From IMG/VR virus record IMGVR_UViG_3300028832_000122, positions 1-64,000 of that record: a stretch of DNA of 64,000 nucleotides. The stretch is one strand, 5' to 3'. The notes under the pieces are model-generated. The model did not search any database and was not told the DNA's origin. It saw nothing but the letters and a program-made list of their open reading frames with translations. Below, in pieces: positions 29,281 through 38,505 of the stretch. Both the position numbers and the translations under genes were made by a program. Positions within the stretch are counted from its first letter, which is position 1, and every line of letters starts with the position of its first letter. This DNA is from a virus. Taxonomy: Duplodnaviria > Caudoviricetes.

Positions 29281-30921
29281 TTAAAACGGCCTTGAAAAAA
29301 CCTGCACCTGCCCCGCAGTGAACCACTGGATATAATCTGCAAACATTGCCATACTGTCTGGCGCATCATCGTGCTTTGCTTTCCCGTTCATTGTCCAGCT
29401 GCACAGGTTGTCCATGAAGGATCTGTATTCCTTGTCTTTAATCACTGACGGATCCTTGAACAGAAACCGTTCCTTCACGTACGGAGACGCCATGACGATC
29501 TTTGTCTCTTTATTCTGCGTCGTGAATTTCGTGGTCAGTTTTGTACGCCCACCACGCCGTTTTACCTCTGCCTGCACATCCTGGGCAACCCTGCCGCCAG
29601 CACTGTTGGACTCAAACCGTCCCATATGAACATTATGTTCCAGGAGCTTTGACACAATCTCTGCTTCTACGACTTCCGGATTCGCATTGTTAAACACCAC
29701 GTCTTCCACGTAGAAGTCCTGGCCGTACTGATACGCAATAGGCATAGAACAATAGTCTGCACCTTTGTCTTTTGTATCACACACGCACAAGATCGCATCA
29801 GGTTCCCTATCAGGCAGTTCAAAGTACCGTCTCAGTTCATCCGGATGATACAGCAGGCCTTCTCTCTCAATCGGCTCGTTCATGTACAGCGCGCGCCATG
29901 ACACATCGTCCATAACTTTCCGCTGTTCATGGTAAAACTGCGTGCTGAATCCTACGCCAAACTGATAGTCGAAGTTGCTCTCATCATTCTCATCCAGCGC
30001 AGGCACAGCAATAAACTCAGCCCTGTTGTTTCCTTCATATTGGCGTTTAAGTCTTCCAAGTATATCTGCCACAGCCCACCTTGTCGCAACGTGAAGTTCC
30101 TTGCAATGATCTCCAATCTTTCTCTGCCGAAGGTCTGTAGTGTAGATTTCCCATAGTTTGTCCAGTCGTTCTATACTCAACGCAACCTCCAACCCACTGA
30201 TTAAGTCGTCGCAATATAGCAGACGCATGGCACGATACAGACCTGCATTCCCAGAACCTATACTTGTAAACTCAAGTGTTTCAAATCTTTTTCGTTTCCC
30301 TAAATCTATCCGATAATCCTTTGCATTTGTGTTTGTAACGTTCACGTCCGGAAACACGTCATGCCACAGATATTCTCCGTTCGGATCAAATATCCTCAAG
30401 CACTCATCATATACACCACGTACAAATGCGTTACTGTGCGATCCAGTAAGATCCGGTTCTTCCGGCCATTTCCCCGCCACCCATGTCAACAGGAAAATTG
30501 CCAACGTCGATTTTCCAACACCTGGAGGCAGACTGACCCCAAGTATATCAAGTTCGTCGTCCATTAACCTTTGGAACGCATTCACAACCTTCAGAAGTTT
30601 TTTCCTCCTGGGAAGATAAAACCGCTTCCTCGGCTCTCTGTCCCGCTCAATGTACTGGCAGTATGCGTCAAAGTCCACACGTGCATCCGCAAGCAGGCTC
30701 TTGTAGTACGTGTCGTTCATTATCTCAAGAAACCGCGTGTCCTTCGGATGCGCTCTTCGGATCTCATTGCTGATCTTTCTCCGAAGTTCCTTATTTGCTT
30801 CGTGCATCCCTGGCTTCCCATTCTGTATCCCTTCATACAGAATCGAAAGAGCGTCCCTGTATATCAGCGGGTCATAAGGCCGTAACTCTATGTTCCGCCG
30901 TATAATCTTTAACTCGTCCAT
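29281..30921 (-). CDS. terL: Terminase large subunit
   Basis: SLPPGVGKS Walker A, LLYCDD Walker B, VATRW, DTKDKGAD nuclease Asp, HDDAPDS C-terminal motif. Confidence 0.93.
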   Translation of the reverse strand: MDELKIIRRNIELRPYDPLIYRDALSILYEGIQNGKPGMHEANKELRRKISNEIRRAHPKDTRFLEIMNDTYYKSLLADARVDFDAYCQYIERDREPRKRFYLPRRKKLLKVVNAFQRLMDDELDILGVSLPPGVGKSTLAIFLLTWVAGKWPEEPDLTGSHSNAFVRGVYDECLRIFDPNGEYLWHDVFPDVNVTNTNAKDYRIDLGKRKRFETLEFTSIGSGNAGLYRAMRLLYCDDLISGLEVALSIERLDKLWEIYTTDLRQRKIGDHCKELHVATRWAVADILGRLKRQYEGNNRAEFIAVPALDENDESNFDYQFGVGFSTQFYHEQRKVMDDVSWRALYMNEPIEREGLLYHPDELRRYFELPDREPDAILCVCDTKDKGADYCSMPIAYQYGQDFYVEDVVFNNANPEVVEAEIVSKLLEHNVHMGRFESNSAGGRVAQDVQAEVKRRGGRTKLTTKFTTQNKETKIVMASPYVKERFLFKDPSVIKDKEYRSFMDNLCSWTMNGKAKHDDAPDSMAMFADYIQWFTAGQVQVFSRPF

Positions 30922-31150
30922 ACCATACCTCCAGTAAAAAACGGGAACAAGCCTTTCGCTCATTCCCGCAATCATGCGTGTTCATTATTCGCTTAGTATC
31001 TCGTCCGCCTGTGACTCTCCATCATAGAACGCTTCCCATGTATCACACTTCTCCGGATCACAGCCGTCCTTGTACTCTTTGCACAAGCCCGCGTATGCAC
31101 ACTCGCCTTCATGCCTGTATACGTCGTCTCGCTTCCAGAAAACAGGAGCA

Positions 31151-31360
31151 TCATTTCCCATTGCGATTGTCTCCGCCGTCCTTCCAGTAATCAACAAAGT
31201 TGTTGTACGCCTTATCCCCATCGTGCCACGCACTTACAAACAACCCTAACAGAATTACTATCAGCACAGCTAACGCAATCACGCCCGCCTTATCCCCAAG
31301 GTCTGTGCCTATCCAGTACACTATGCCTATCAGCAACAGTAACTCAAGCATCAGCACCAC
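31151..31360 (-). CDS. Small membrane protein
   Basis: Two hydrophobic segments. Confidence 0.55.
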   Translation of the reverse strand: MVLMLELLLLIGIVYWIGTDLGDKAGVIALAVLIVILLGLFVSAWHDGDKAYNNFVDYWKDGGDNRNGK

Positions 31361-31565
31361 CTTCCTCTGTACTTTCGTTGATGCTCTCTGTCATAAGGTT
31401 CTCGTATGCTATCGCTGCCTCACGCTCACATGCGTTCACCAGTATATCATATATCGACATCCAGTCACGTATCTTCAGCACACCGTTATCATACAGTTCA
31501 TTTATCCGCCTGATCAGCTGGTCACGCTTCTCTTCGTCAATCGCCTCGTTCAGTCGTTCTTCCAA
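31344..31565 (-). CDS. Hypothetical protein
   Basis: Coupled ORF with RBS. Confidence 0.55.
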   Translation of the reverse strand: MEERLNEAIDEEKRDQLIRRINELYDNGVLKIRDWMSIYDILVNACEREAAIAYENLMTESINESTEEGGADA

Positions 31566-31570
31566 TCACA

Positions 31571-31888
31571 TCACCCCAACATATTCATCAGCTTTTTCAG
31601 TTTCTCAAATACCGGCCAGTACGCAGACGCCTTCGCATCCTTCCACGCCGTGTACTCCTCGCTGAACTCCACCGCAGGCTCGCTCCCGTTCTCAGCCAGG
31701 AACGCATACAGACTGTCCTTCGATACAGTCAACTCCAGCGTGTCATACTCCTGGGCCAGCACGTACAGGATCTCACCGCCGTTATCAACCTCAGCTTCCG
31801 TTACAACCGCCCACGCACCAGGGCACGCCATGACTTCCTTCGCCTTCATTCCAATGATCTTCATTGCTTTCTCCTCCTTATTAATCAT
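31571..31888 (-). CDS. Hypothetical protein
   Basis: ORF with GGAG RBS downstream of recombinase-like gene. Confidence 0.55.
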   Translation of the reverse strand: MINKEEKAMKIIGMKAKEVMACPGAWAVVTEAEVDNGGEILYVLAQEYDTLELTVSKDSLYAFLAENGSEPAVEFSEEYTAWKDAKASAYWPVFEKLKKLMNMLG

Positions 31889-32594
31889 TCAGTATCGCTT
31901 CGTGCTTTCCCTGCACCCACTCATCAGTTCCTTTGATCCTGTAGTAGCCGTGGTAAAACCTCTCGTTGTTCCAGATCCCCTGCACGGTACCAATCGTGAA
32001 CAGTCCGCCCTTCCGGTTTCTGTATCCGTTTGCGTTCAGTTTCTCCATCGTCCCCATCATCGTCCGCCCTGCATGCTTCTCCTCCATAATGAACTTCACT
32101 ACAGGTACTTCAGATTCGTTCACTAAAAGCTGTCCGCCTGATACACGATAACCCATCGGCGCATTCCCACCAATGTACTCCCCGCGTATCTCCTTCCGCT
32201 TCCGACCGTCCGCATTCCTGATCCGCTCATGCTCCAGTTCCATCCTGCACAGCGTTTCGGAAAACCTCTCGAGTACGCTCCTGTACGCCATGTACCCCGC
32301 ATACTCCTTCCATTCCGCTACAATAAGCATGCTTCCGCGCATCTGAAGCCTGCACCTGTACGCATAAAACTCAAACACGTTCCCCGTTATGTCCAGGTTC
32401 GACGCAGCAACAACAGCATCAATCTTCCTGTGACCTTTCCAACTGCCGTAAACTACGTCGCCAAAGTCGCTTACCTCCTCTCCGACCCAGTCCACAACCT
32501 CATACCCTTCATTGTCACAGTATAACTGCACAGTACGCTTCTGCTCCGCTTCGCTTCCATCCCCGTACCGTATGTATCCTACCGCCTTCTTCAT
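31881..32594 (-). CDS. Serine-recombinase-fold protein with degenerate active site and recombinase (DNA-binding) domain
   Basis: MKKAVGYIR start and GGNAPMGYR...LNANGYRNRKGGLF...GKHEAI recombinase domain; YIRYG replaces YxRVS and no DRLSR motif. Confidence 0.78.
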   Translation of the reverse strand: MKKAVGYIRYGDGSEAEQKRTVQLYCDNEGYEVVDWVGEEVSDFGDVVYGSWKGHRKIDAVVAASNLDITGNVFEFYAYRCRLQMRGSMLIVAEWKEYAGYMAYRSVLERFSETLCRMELEHERIRNADGRKRKEIRGEYIGGNAPMGYRVSGGQLLVNESEVPVVKFIMEEKHAGRTMMGTMEKLNANGYRNRKGGLFTIGTVQGIWNNERFYHGYYRIKGTDEWVQGKHEAILND

Positions 32595-32626
32595 ACACTC
32601 ACCTCCTCCAGTTTCGCTGCGGTTCT

Positions 32627-32668
32627 GTTTACGCCTAATATTATACCACGTTTACGGCAACTTTGCAA
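32627..32668 (-). promoter_or_regulatory. SigA promoter for recombinase-like operon
   Basis: TTGCAA-17-TATAAT with TG extended -10, followed by ATTAGGCGTA. Confidence 0.75.
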
Positions 32669-32795
32669 AATATTTTATTTCAAGTCCTTTTTTATTTTCG
32701 GGGGATTTTCAGGACGTGAACAAGGTAGGCCTTTTTTATGCTGCGGATGCTGGGAGGGGTTACGGCTCTGCCGGAACACCTCAAAAAATCCCCAT

Positions 32796-32848
32796 GGGAT
32801 GCTGAAAAAATGTAGCATCCTGGCGGGATGCTGAAAAAAAGTAGCATC
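32796..32848. repeat. Two tandem palindromic sites GGATGCT-N10-AGCATC
   Basis: GGGATGCTGAAAAAATGTAGCATCC (32796-32820) and GGGATGCTGAAAAAAAGTAGCATC (32825-32848) between divergent promoters. Confidence 0.8.
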
Positions 32849-32910
32849 ATATCGATAAAAACAGAACAAAAAAGTCATGAAAAGCCCTGTAAACGCCTTG
32901 TTTCCTTTAG

Positions 32911-32943
32911 GTTTACGCCGTTTTGTGGTACAATATAGGCGTA
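32911..32943 (+). promoter_or_regulatory. Extended -10 promoter with TACGCC-N18-GGCGTA operator
   Basis: TGGTACAAT at 32926-32934 flanked by inverted half-sites. Confidence 0.6.
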
Positions 32944-33261
32944 GGGAATAACCGCTGAACAGACGACGCCACGGGGCGTCATGACGGAGCACGACGCAAG
33001 GCGGGTAGCACGTCGGAAAACAACCGCCCGTGATCATTGTCAAGTCAATAGAAACAATCCGCTTTACCTCACGGAAAACACGTCATGACTGAACAAGGCA
33101 AGACGGGCGACAACGTAGGCGAAAACGTCACGCAGAACAGGACGGGCGGAGGAAACGCAAAAAATCCTGTACACGTTGGGCAATGTTTGAGAATTGCGGA
33201 GCGTGTACGGGAATCAGCACGGCAGGCAAAAAACAATTATTGAAAGTGAGGAAGTAAAAAA

Positions 33262-33576
33262 ATGGAAAGCGTAACTATCAATATTCTGTCAAAGGAAGAA
33301 ATAAAAGCTTTGCGGAAATCCGATATCTCAATAACAAAAAACCTTGCGTCACATATGAATAAATGTAATCGGATTGCGTCGGCGTTAAATGCCGAAATGA
33401 AGGCGGTAAAAGACAATCTCAAAGAAAAGCACGGGGAAATTGACAACGCAATTGTCACGATTGAAAACCGCCCCGAACATTACTTTAGCAAAGAAGAATT
33501 TATCGCCGTATACGGTGAAGAAGAATATAACAGATTCTATCTATTACGGGATAAATTCTATGTGACGTTCCACTGA
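33262..33576 (+). CDS. Hypothetical protein flanked by ~25-bp inverted repeats
   Basis: GAAAGTGAGG RBS; flanks 33202-33227 and 33590-33613 are reverse complements with one indel. Confidence 0.7.
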   Translation: MESVTINILSKEEIKALRKSDISITKNLASHMNKCNRIASALNAEMKAVKDNLKEKHGEIDNAIVTIENRPEHYFSKEEFIAVYGEEEYNRFYLLRDKFYVTFH

Positions 33577-33652
33577 TAAAGCCCGCCCCGCCTGCCTGCT
33601 GATTCCCGTACACGATACGGAATAAAACAAATTGAAAGTGAGGAAAAAGGCA

Positions 33653-34441
33653 ATGGCAAAGCATGAAACACTGAAAGAAAGACGGACAAACCCGCTATAT
33701 ACAAACGGGTTTATATGGAGCGGAAACGGGAAATTGCTCGACTATGATTCCGACGACGGAGTAATACAATGGCGATATGCACAATTCAACGTACGGGCAA
33801 TTGAAGATTGCCCGTGCAGAACAGCGGGATGTACTGCCGTCTGTTATGCGACAAAAGGCAATCATGTTTTTCCTTCTGTAAAGGCAAGCCGTGAGAAGTC
33901 GTACAATGAAAGCAGGCGGGCAGATTTTTCCGACGCCGTCGTGTATACGATTCGCACGGAAAAACAGAGCGGACGCTATAAAGACAAAATAATGGGCGTA
34001 CGTATTCATGAATCGGGCGACTTTTATTCCGTGCAATATTTACGTAAATGGCTAACCGCATGGTATGAACTGAAAAACGATGAAGGTGTATGCTTTGTGT
34101 TTTATACAAAGTCTTTTCCGTTTTTCCTTATGCTTAACGACTTAGAGCGGGCAATGTTAAACGAGTTATTAGAATCGGGAAAAGTCGCTATGAATCTTTC
34201 AATAGACGACACAACAACGCCCGAACAATGGAAGGCATACGTCAAAATGCGGAAGGCATTCCCAAAGGCGAACACGTACGCCGTAACGGAACACACAAAA
34301 GAAGGCGACGACGTTTGTGATTGTGCGGATTGTGCACGTTGCGGGGCATGCAATAAAGCGACGGGAAAGCGGAAAGTCGTTGTCATCCATTCCGCTAGTA
34401 ATGCGGACATGGACGTATACAGAGCGAACGTGAACAAGTGA
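33653..34441 (+). CDS. GP88-like Cys-rich (radical-SAM-related) phage protein
   Basis: CPCRTAGCTAVCYA Cys cluster, RIHESGDFYS and FYTKS motifs. Confidence 0.65.
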   Translation: MAKHETLKERRTNPLYTNGFIWSGNGKLLDYDSDDGVIQWRYAQFNVRAIEDCPCRTAGCTAVCYATKGNHVFPSVKASREKSYNESRRADFSDAVVYTIRTEKQSGRYKDKIMGVRIHESGDFYSVQYLRKWLTAWYELKNDEGVCFVFYTKSFPFFLMLNDLERAMLNELLESGKVAMNLSIDDTTTPEQWKAYVKMRKAFPKANTYAVTEHTKEGDDVCDCADCARCGACNKATGKRKVVVIHSASNADMDVYRANVNK

Positions 34442-34501
34442 AACGTGAACAAGCGGGGCGGGAATTCCGCCCCGCTCGAATAATGAAATGGAGGAAAGAA
34501 A

Positions 34502-34805
34502 AATGGAACGTTACTACTTCAACAATGAAACCGACGAAATCGAAAGCCTCGACACAATCCGCTCAGACTACTATGACCTTTTCGGCGATGATTATGACTC
34601 ACTCGAGGATTATATCACCGCTTGTCAATGGTACAACAACGGAACACTGACGCCCGTTTCCGTACGGCTCGCACGGGTAAAGCGTGAACTCAACCGTAAG
34701 TTGATGCTCGCTCAGAAGTATGGCTATGACGAATATGCTGATGAACTCGCCGATCTGCTAGAGCAGATGGACGTGTTGAGTAAGTACAACAGGGAGCGGG
34801 AATAA
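34502..34805 (+). CDS. Acidic hypothetical protein
   Basis: GGAGG RBS; D/E-rich. Confidence 0.6.
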
Positions 34806-34909
34806 CCCGCTCCCGCCATGCATGACACCGACGACAGCGGGCGGGAATCCAGCTCGCCCGCTGAGGTCGATGCCATACGGCACGAAGAACAACAAGGAGG
34901 CATACACAC

Positions 34910-35152
34910 ATGGTATACGACTGCATCGCATCTTCCCGAAAAAAACCGAACACTATTGTCCTGTTCGGTATTGTCCGCCCCGTTTCCCCGTACAGTGAAA
35001 AGCGGGTCGGTTTCCTTGCGGAGGAGGGGCTTTCCCGCTACTGCTCCGCTCGTGACCAATACGGGAACATGTACGAACTGTACACCGACTATGATCCATG
35101 TCTGCGGGTATCGCACGCCGTCGCCCTGCTTGTCGAGGAGGTGACAGCATGA
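34910..35152 (+). CDS. Hypothetical protein
   Basis: GGAGG RBS upstream. Confidence 0.6.
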   Translation: MVYDCIASSRKKPNTIVLFGIVRPVSPYSEKRVGFLAEEGLSRYCSARDQYGNMYELYTDYDPCLRVSHAVALLVEEVTA

Positions 35153-35379
35153 CACGTTCCTATCCGTACCGCATCACGCTCCGCATGTATAGCGGACTGA
35201 CCGAACGCCACTACATCGAAGCGTCCAACTATCGGGACGCATTCGATAAAGCCCACCGCTTCGCCAACCCGATAGCCTATAGCGGGAAGTATCACGGACA
35301 CACCGACGGCGTGCAGTTTATCGACGTGGACAAACTGACCCGTTCCTACTGCAAAGAGCATGATATCAAACTTGAATAA
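35149..35379 (+). CDS. Hypothetical protein
   Basis: MTRSYPY start overlapping upstream stop, GGAGG RBS. Confidence 0.55.
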   Translation: MTRSYPYRITLRMYSGLTERHYIEASNYRDAFDKAHRFANPIAYSGKYHGHTDGVQFIDVDKLTRSYCKEHDIKLE

Positions 35380-35391
35380 GGAGGTTTATCC

Positions 35392-35595
35392 ATGAACGCC
35401 ACGATTAACGACCTCAATATCCATTCCCCGTACAGAGTGTACGACCTCGACACAGGGCACTACGTATTCTCATGGCTCGATACCAACGCATGGGGCGACA
35501 TCCCGCCCGATATCGCAACCCTGCCCGTCGTTGGACTCCGTGCCATGAATGGAGTCCTGTACATCGACACCCGCACGGGAAACCGTATCGACTGA
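35392..35595 (+). CDS. Hypothetical protein
   Basis: GGAGG RBS. Confidence 0.55.
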   Translation: MNATINDLNIHSPYRVYDLDTGHYVFSWLDTNAWGDIPPDIATLPVVGLRAMNGVLYIDTRTGNRID

Positions 35596-35652
35596 CCGCA
35601 CGGGGCGGGGATGCCCGCCAGGTCACCTCCGCCCCCACTCCCGTTTTCCTCG

Positions 35653-35690
35653 TTGACACTTACGCCATCATAGTGGTATAATTAGGCATA
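35653..35690 (+). promoter_or_regulatory. SigA promoter with TACGCC-N18-GGCATA operator
   Basis: TTGACA-18-TATAAT with extended -10. Confidence 0.8.
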
Positions 35691-35712
35691 AACTGAAAGA
35701 GGAGGAAACCCC

Positions 35713-36225
35713 ATGCAGAAGTACACATCATCCGCCACGAGCATCAACCGCTCGAAACTCCCCGCCGTATACGGCAGGGCGACCCTGTCCCGCACGACGC
35801 CGTTCGTCGTCGACTATGGCTGTGGGAAGTTCACCGACCACATCGACGAACACCTCCGCCGTCTGAGCAAAGTCCTCTACCCGTACGACCCGTACAATCA
35901 GCCCGACTACGTGAACCTCCACACGCTCGACTTCATTCGTTGGGCAATGGATAACCGCATCGAGGTCGACGTCGTCTGCTCGAACGTGCTGAACGTCATC
36001 GACTCCGACGGCGAGGTGTCCCGCATATGCCACGACCTCGAGCGGATTGCCACCACCACAGGCGGGACGGCATTCGTAACCGTCTACGAAGGCAACCGCT
36101 CGGGCGTCGGACGTCAGACGGGGCGTGACCAATATCAGCGGAACGCTACGCTCCGTGACTATCTCCGCTTCTTCCATAACGCCACTATCAAAAACGGAAT
36201 GATTATCATCAAAGGAGGAAACTGA
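35713..36225 (+). CDS. Class I SAM-dependent methyltransferase
   Basis: VVDYGCGK motif I; VVCSNVLNVID motif. Confidence 0.75.
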   Translation: MQKYTSSATSINRSKLPAVYGRATLSRTTPFVVDYGCGKFTDHIDEHLRRLSKVLYPYDPYNQPDYVNLHTLDFIRWAMDNRIEVDVVCSNVLNVIDSDGEVSRICHDLERIATTTGGTAFVTVYEGNRSGVGRQTGRDQYQRNATLRDYLRFFHNATIKNGMIIIKGGN

Positions 36226-36226
36226 T

Positions 36227-36577
36227 ATGAAAATCACCAACATCCATACCGACGACGGCTACACCTTCACGCTCACGCTCGAGGACGGGACAGAGGCGAC
36301 TCTGTCCCCCGCCTTGGCGGGATGCCTCAAAGAGCAGATGCTCAAGCGTGAACTCCGTGACGCCATCACGAACATCATCGATGAGGAAATCAGCTACGGC
36401 AACATCGACATGGACAAGCACGAGTATAGCCGTGATGACTTCGAGGAGGAAATCTACTGTGACCTCGAGGAGGAAATCGAATACGGCGACTACTCCGCCC
36501 TGTGCAACGACGGCGAATGGATTCGTGAGAAGATTACCGACACGGCAGACTTCTATGAACTCTGCCCCGACGAGTGA
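36227..36577 (+). CDS. Highly acidic small protein (DNA-mimic candidate)
   Basis: Very D/E-rich; similar C-terminal half to 37317..37649. Confidence 0.6.
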   Translation: MKITNIHTDDGYTFTLTLEDGTEATLSPALAGCLKEQMLKRELRDAITNIIDEEISYGNIDMDKHEYSRDDFEEEIYCDLEEEIEYGDYSALCNDGEWIREKITDTADFYELCPDE

Positions 36578-36590
36578 GAGGAGTGATATC

Positions 36591-37001
36591 ATGATTCCCG
36601 TTCTCTTCATTAACTGCCTGCGTGAGCAGTTCGTCGATTGGATTATCGGCGGGCTGAAACTGTATGAAACACGTACGAGGAACACGCTCAAGAAACTGCT
36701 CGAGTCGTATCTCGGGGAGCGGATACTGATAGCGGAAACAGGGCGGGGCGACCCGCTCGTCCGCTGCTCCGCCGTCATCGATGAAGTCATAGCCGTCTAT
36801 GACCAAGCCACATGGGAGGACTACCTCGGACAGACTTGGATTCCTGTTGACTCCAAGTATGATTGGAAACCTACGACTAAGGTCAAGTATCTGTATCATC
36901 TGACAGACGTCCACAAACTCGCTCGCCCGTTCCGCCTGCCGAAGTCGTGCCGGAGGCATGGGCGTGTGTGGGCTGAATATGAATGGGGGTGTGCATTATG
37001 A
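36591..37001 (+). CDS. ASCH/PUA-like domain protein
   Basis: FVDWIIGGLKLYETRT...GERILIAETG ASCH signature. Confidence 0.7.
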   Translation: MIPVLFINCLREQFVDWIIGGLKLYETRTRNTLKKLLESYLGERILIAETGRGDPLVRCSAVIDEVIAVYDQATWEDYLGQTWIPVDSKYDWKPTTKVKYLYHLTDVHKLARPFRLPKSCRRHGRVWAEYEWGCAL

Positions 37002-37255
37002 GTAAGAGCATCATCTCCCTGGCACGTGGCATCTCGACCCTTGGGATCGCTCGCCGTGAGCTGGACCGTGTGGAACGGCTCACGGGGGTACGCCCCGAGG
37101 ATTGGCTCATGGACGTGTACGACGAGGATATCGACGAGTTCTACACGGCCGACGGCTTCGATTGGGAAGCGTTCGAGATGCACATGGGATTCATCGCAGA
37201 TTCCTACATCGACTTTTTCGACGACCATCAGCGTGACCTCGTCATGGATTTATAG
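36998..37255 (+). CDS. Acidic hypothetical protein
   Basis: ATGA overlap with upstream gene; D/E-rich. Confidence 0.55.
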   Translation: MSKSIISLARGISTLGIARRELDRVERLTGVRPEDWLMDVYDEDIDEFYTADGFDWEAFEMHMGFIADSYIDFFDDHQRDLVMDL

Positions 37256-37257
37256 TC

Positions 37258-37295
37258 TTGCAAGTTACGTCATCATGTGATATAATATAGGCATA
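37258..37295 (+). promoter_or_regulatory. SigA promoter with TACGTC-N18-GGCATA operator
   Basis: TTGCAA-17-TATAAT with extended -10. Confidence 0.8.
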
Positions 37296-37316
37296 GATTG
37301 AAAGGAGGTATCCCGC

Positions 37317-37649
37317 ATGGATATCAAAGTTATCAGACGCACGCCCGACCTCATCGAAATCGAGTCAGCTACCCGCACGAACAACATCACAACCGACGAA
37401 CTGAATGCCCTGCTGAAGTTTAATCTGCACGAGCGACTCCGCTCGGAAGTGACCTACGTCGTCGACCACATGATTGAAGACGAGGACATCGACATGAATG
37501 ACTACCCGTATTCCTATGAGGAACTGATTGACGAAATCTACATAGACTTCGAGGACAAACTCGACGCCGACGAGATCCCGTTCCCCGCTGATGACGACGT
37601 ATACGACGCCGTCAGCGACCTCATCGACTTCTATGTACTGAATAAGTAA
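37317..37649 (+). CDS. Highly acidic small protein (DNA-mimic candidate)
   Basis: About 31 D/E versus about 9 K/R in 110 aa by manual count. Confidence 0.6.
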   Translation: MDIKVIRRTPDLIEIESATRTNNITTDELNALLKFNLHERLRSEVTYVVDHMIEDEDIDMNDYPYSYEELIDEIYIDFEDKLDADEIPFPADDDVYDAVSDLIDFYVLNK

Positions 37650-37662
37650 GGAGGAATCAGCA

Positions 37663-38208
37663 ATGGCTAAACTGACGAACGTATCCTGTGTGTACACGGG
37701 CGGTGGCATCTACGTCTACACCGCCCAATTCAATGACGAGGTTTGGCTCGGCACGGACTTCGACCTCGTCGGCAGTTACGACACCCCGTGGGAAACCATC
37801 ACCGACGAACTGAATTGTGATTACGATTCTCATTGGAAAGACCCGTCCGTTCCGTACCCTACATGGGGTGAGATCCTCGCCTCTGTCTACGAGAACTGCG
37901 ACTCCGCTACCTACTCTGACGTCGCACGTACCATGGAGTACTACGGGGATATGCTCGGAAAGCGTATCCTTGGCGACGACGAACCCGTCAGGCAGGCACG
38001 GGACGAGCATTCCGCCCGTTTGGAAATGCTCTGCGACATCATCGAGGTGTTCGAGGACTTCCTCGACGAGAAGGGTATCGTCATCCCGAACGACGAGAAG
38101 GATCAAGATCCCGACGCTTCCAATATTTACGGCACAGATTACGGCAACCTTGAGAGCAGACTCGAATCGCTGCTCATCAGCTTTGGACTCATGAAGGAGG
38201 AGAAATAA
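37663..38208 (+). CDS. Acidic hypothetical protein
   Basis: GGAGG RBS; YTGGGIY motif. Confidence 0.6.
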   Translation: MAKLTNVSCVYTGGGIYVYTAQFNDEVWLGTDFDLVGSYDTPWETITDELNCDYDSHWKDPSVPYPTWGEILASVYENCDSATYSDVARTMEYYGDMLGKRILGDDEPVRQARDEHSARLEMLCDIIEVFEDFLDEKGIVIPNDEKDQDPDASNIYGTDYGNLESRLESLLISFGLMKEEK

Positions 38209-38209
38209 C

Positions 38210-38500
38210 ATGGATAACATCAGAACCTACTCCGTCGGCAACGGAGAGATTACGCTCACGGCTCAGGACGCAGAGGAACTCCGCATTCTGCTTCAGTCAG
38301 ATTATATGGAGTATGTCATCAATGAACTGATTGATGCCTCGCCGAAAGCATACAAGTTCTATTCCGATAAGGCTCGTCGTGCTTTCGTAAACAACATGGT
38401 TCTTCGTCGCTCCGACATGCGGGACATCGAAGGATGCTTCGAGGAAATGCTCGAGGATTCAATGCTCGAGTACGCCGAGGATCTCGGCATAAGGGGGTGA
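38210..38500 (+). CDS. Hypothetical protein
   Basis: GGAGG RBS. Confidence 0.6.
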   Translation: MDNIRTYSVGNGEITLTAQDAEELRILLQSDYMEYVINELIDASPKAYKFYSDKARRAFVNNMVLRRSDMRDIEGCFEEMLEDSMLEYAEDLGIRG

Positions 38501-38505
38501 CGCAC

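Noticed and set aside
2370-32126. Numerous plus-strand ORFs over the structural region (e.g. 2844..3791, 5813..6706, 23601..24824, 28336..29022)
   Set aside because: Antisense shadows of well-supported minus-strand genes, lacking RBS and recognisable motifs
31881-32594. Phage integrase
   Set aside because: Too short for a large serine integrase, lacks the zinc-ribbon domain and the catalytic serine
32740-32850. Mini CRISPR array from the GGATGCT repeats
   Set aside because: Only two full copies separated by 4 bp, with no spacer-length unique sequence and no cas genes
33085-33243. 52-aa ORF in the island leader
   Set aside because: No clear RBS or motif; region is better explained as a structured leader
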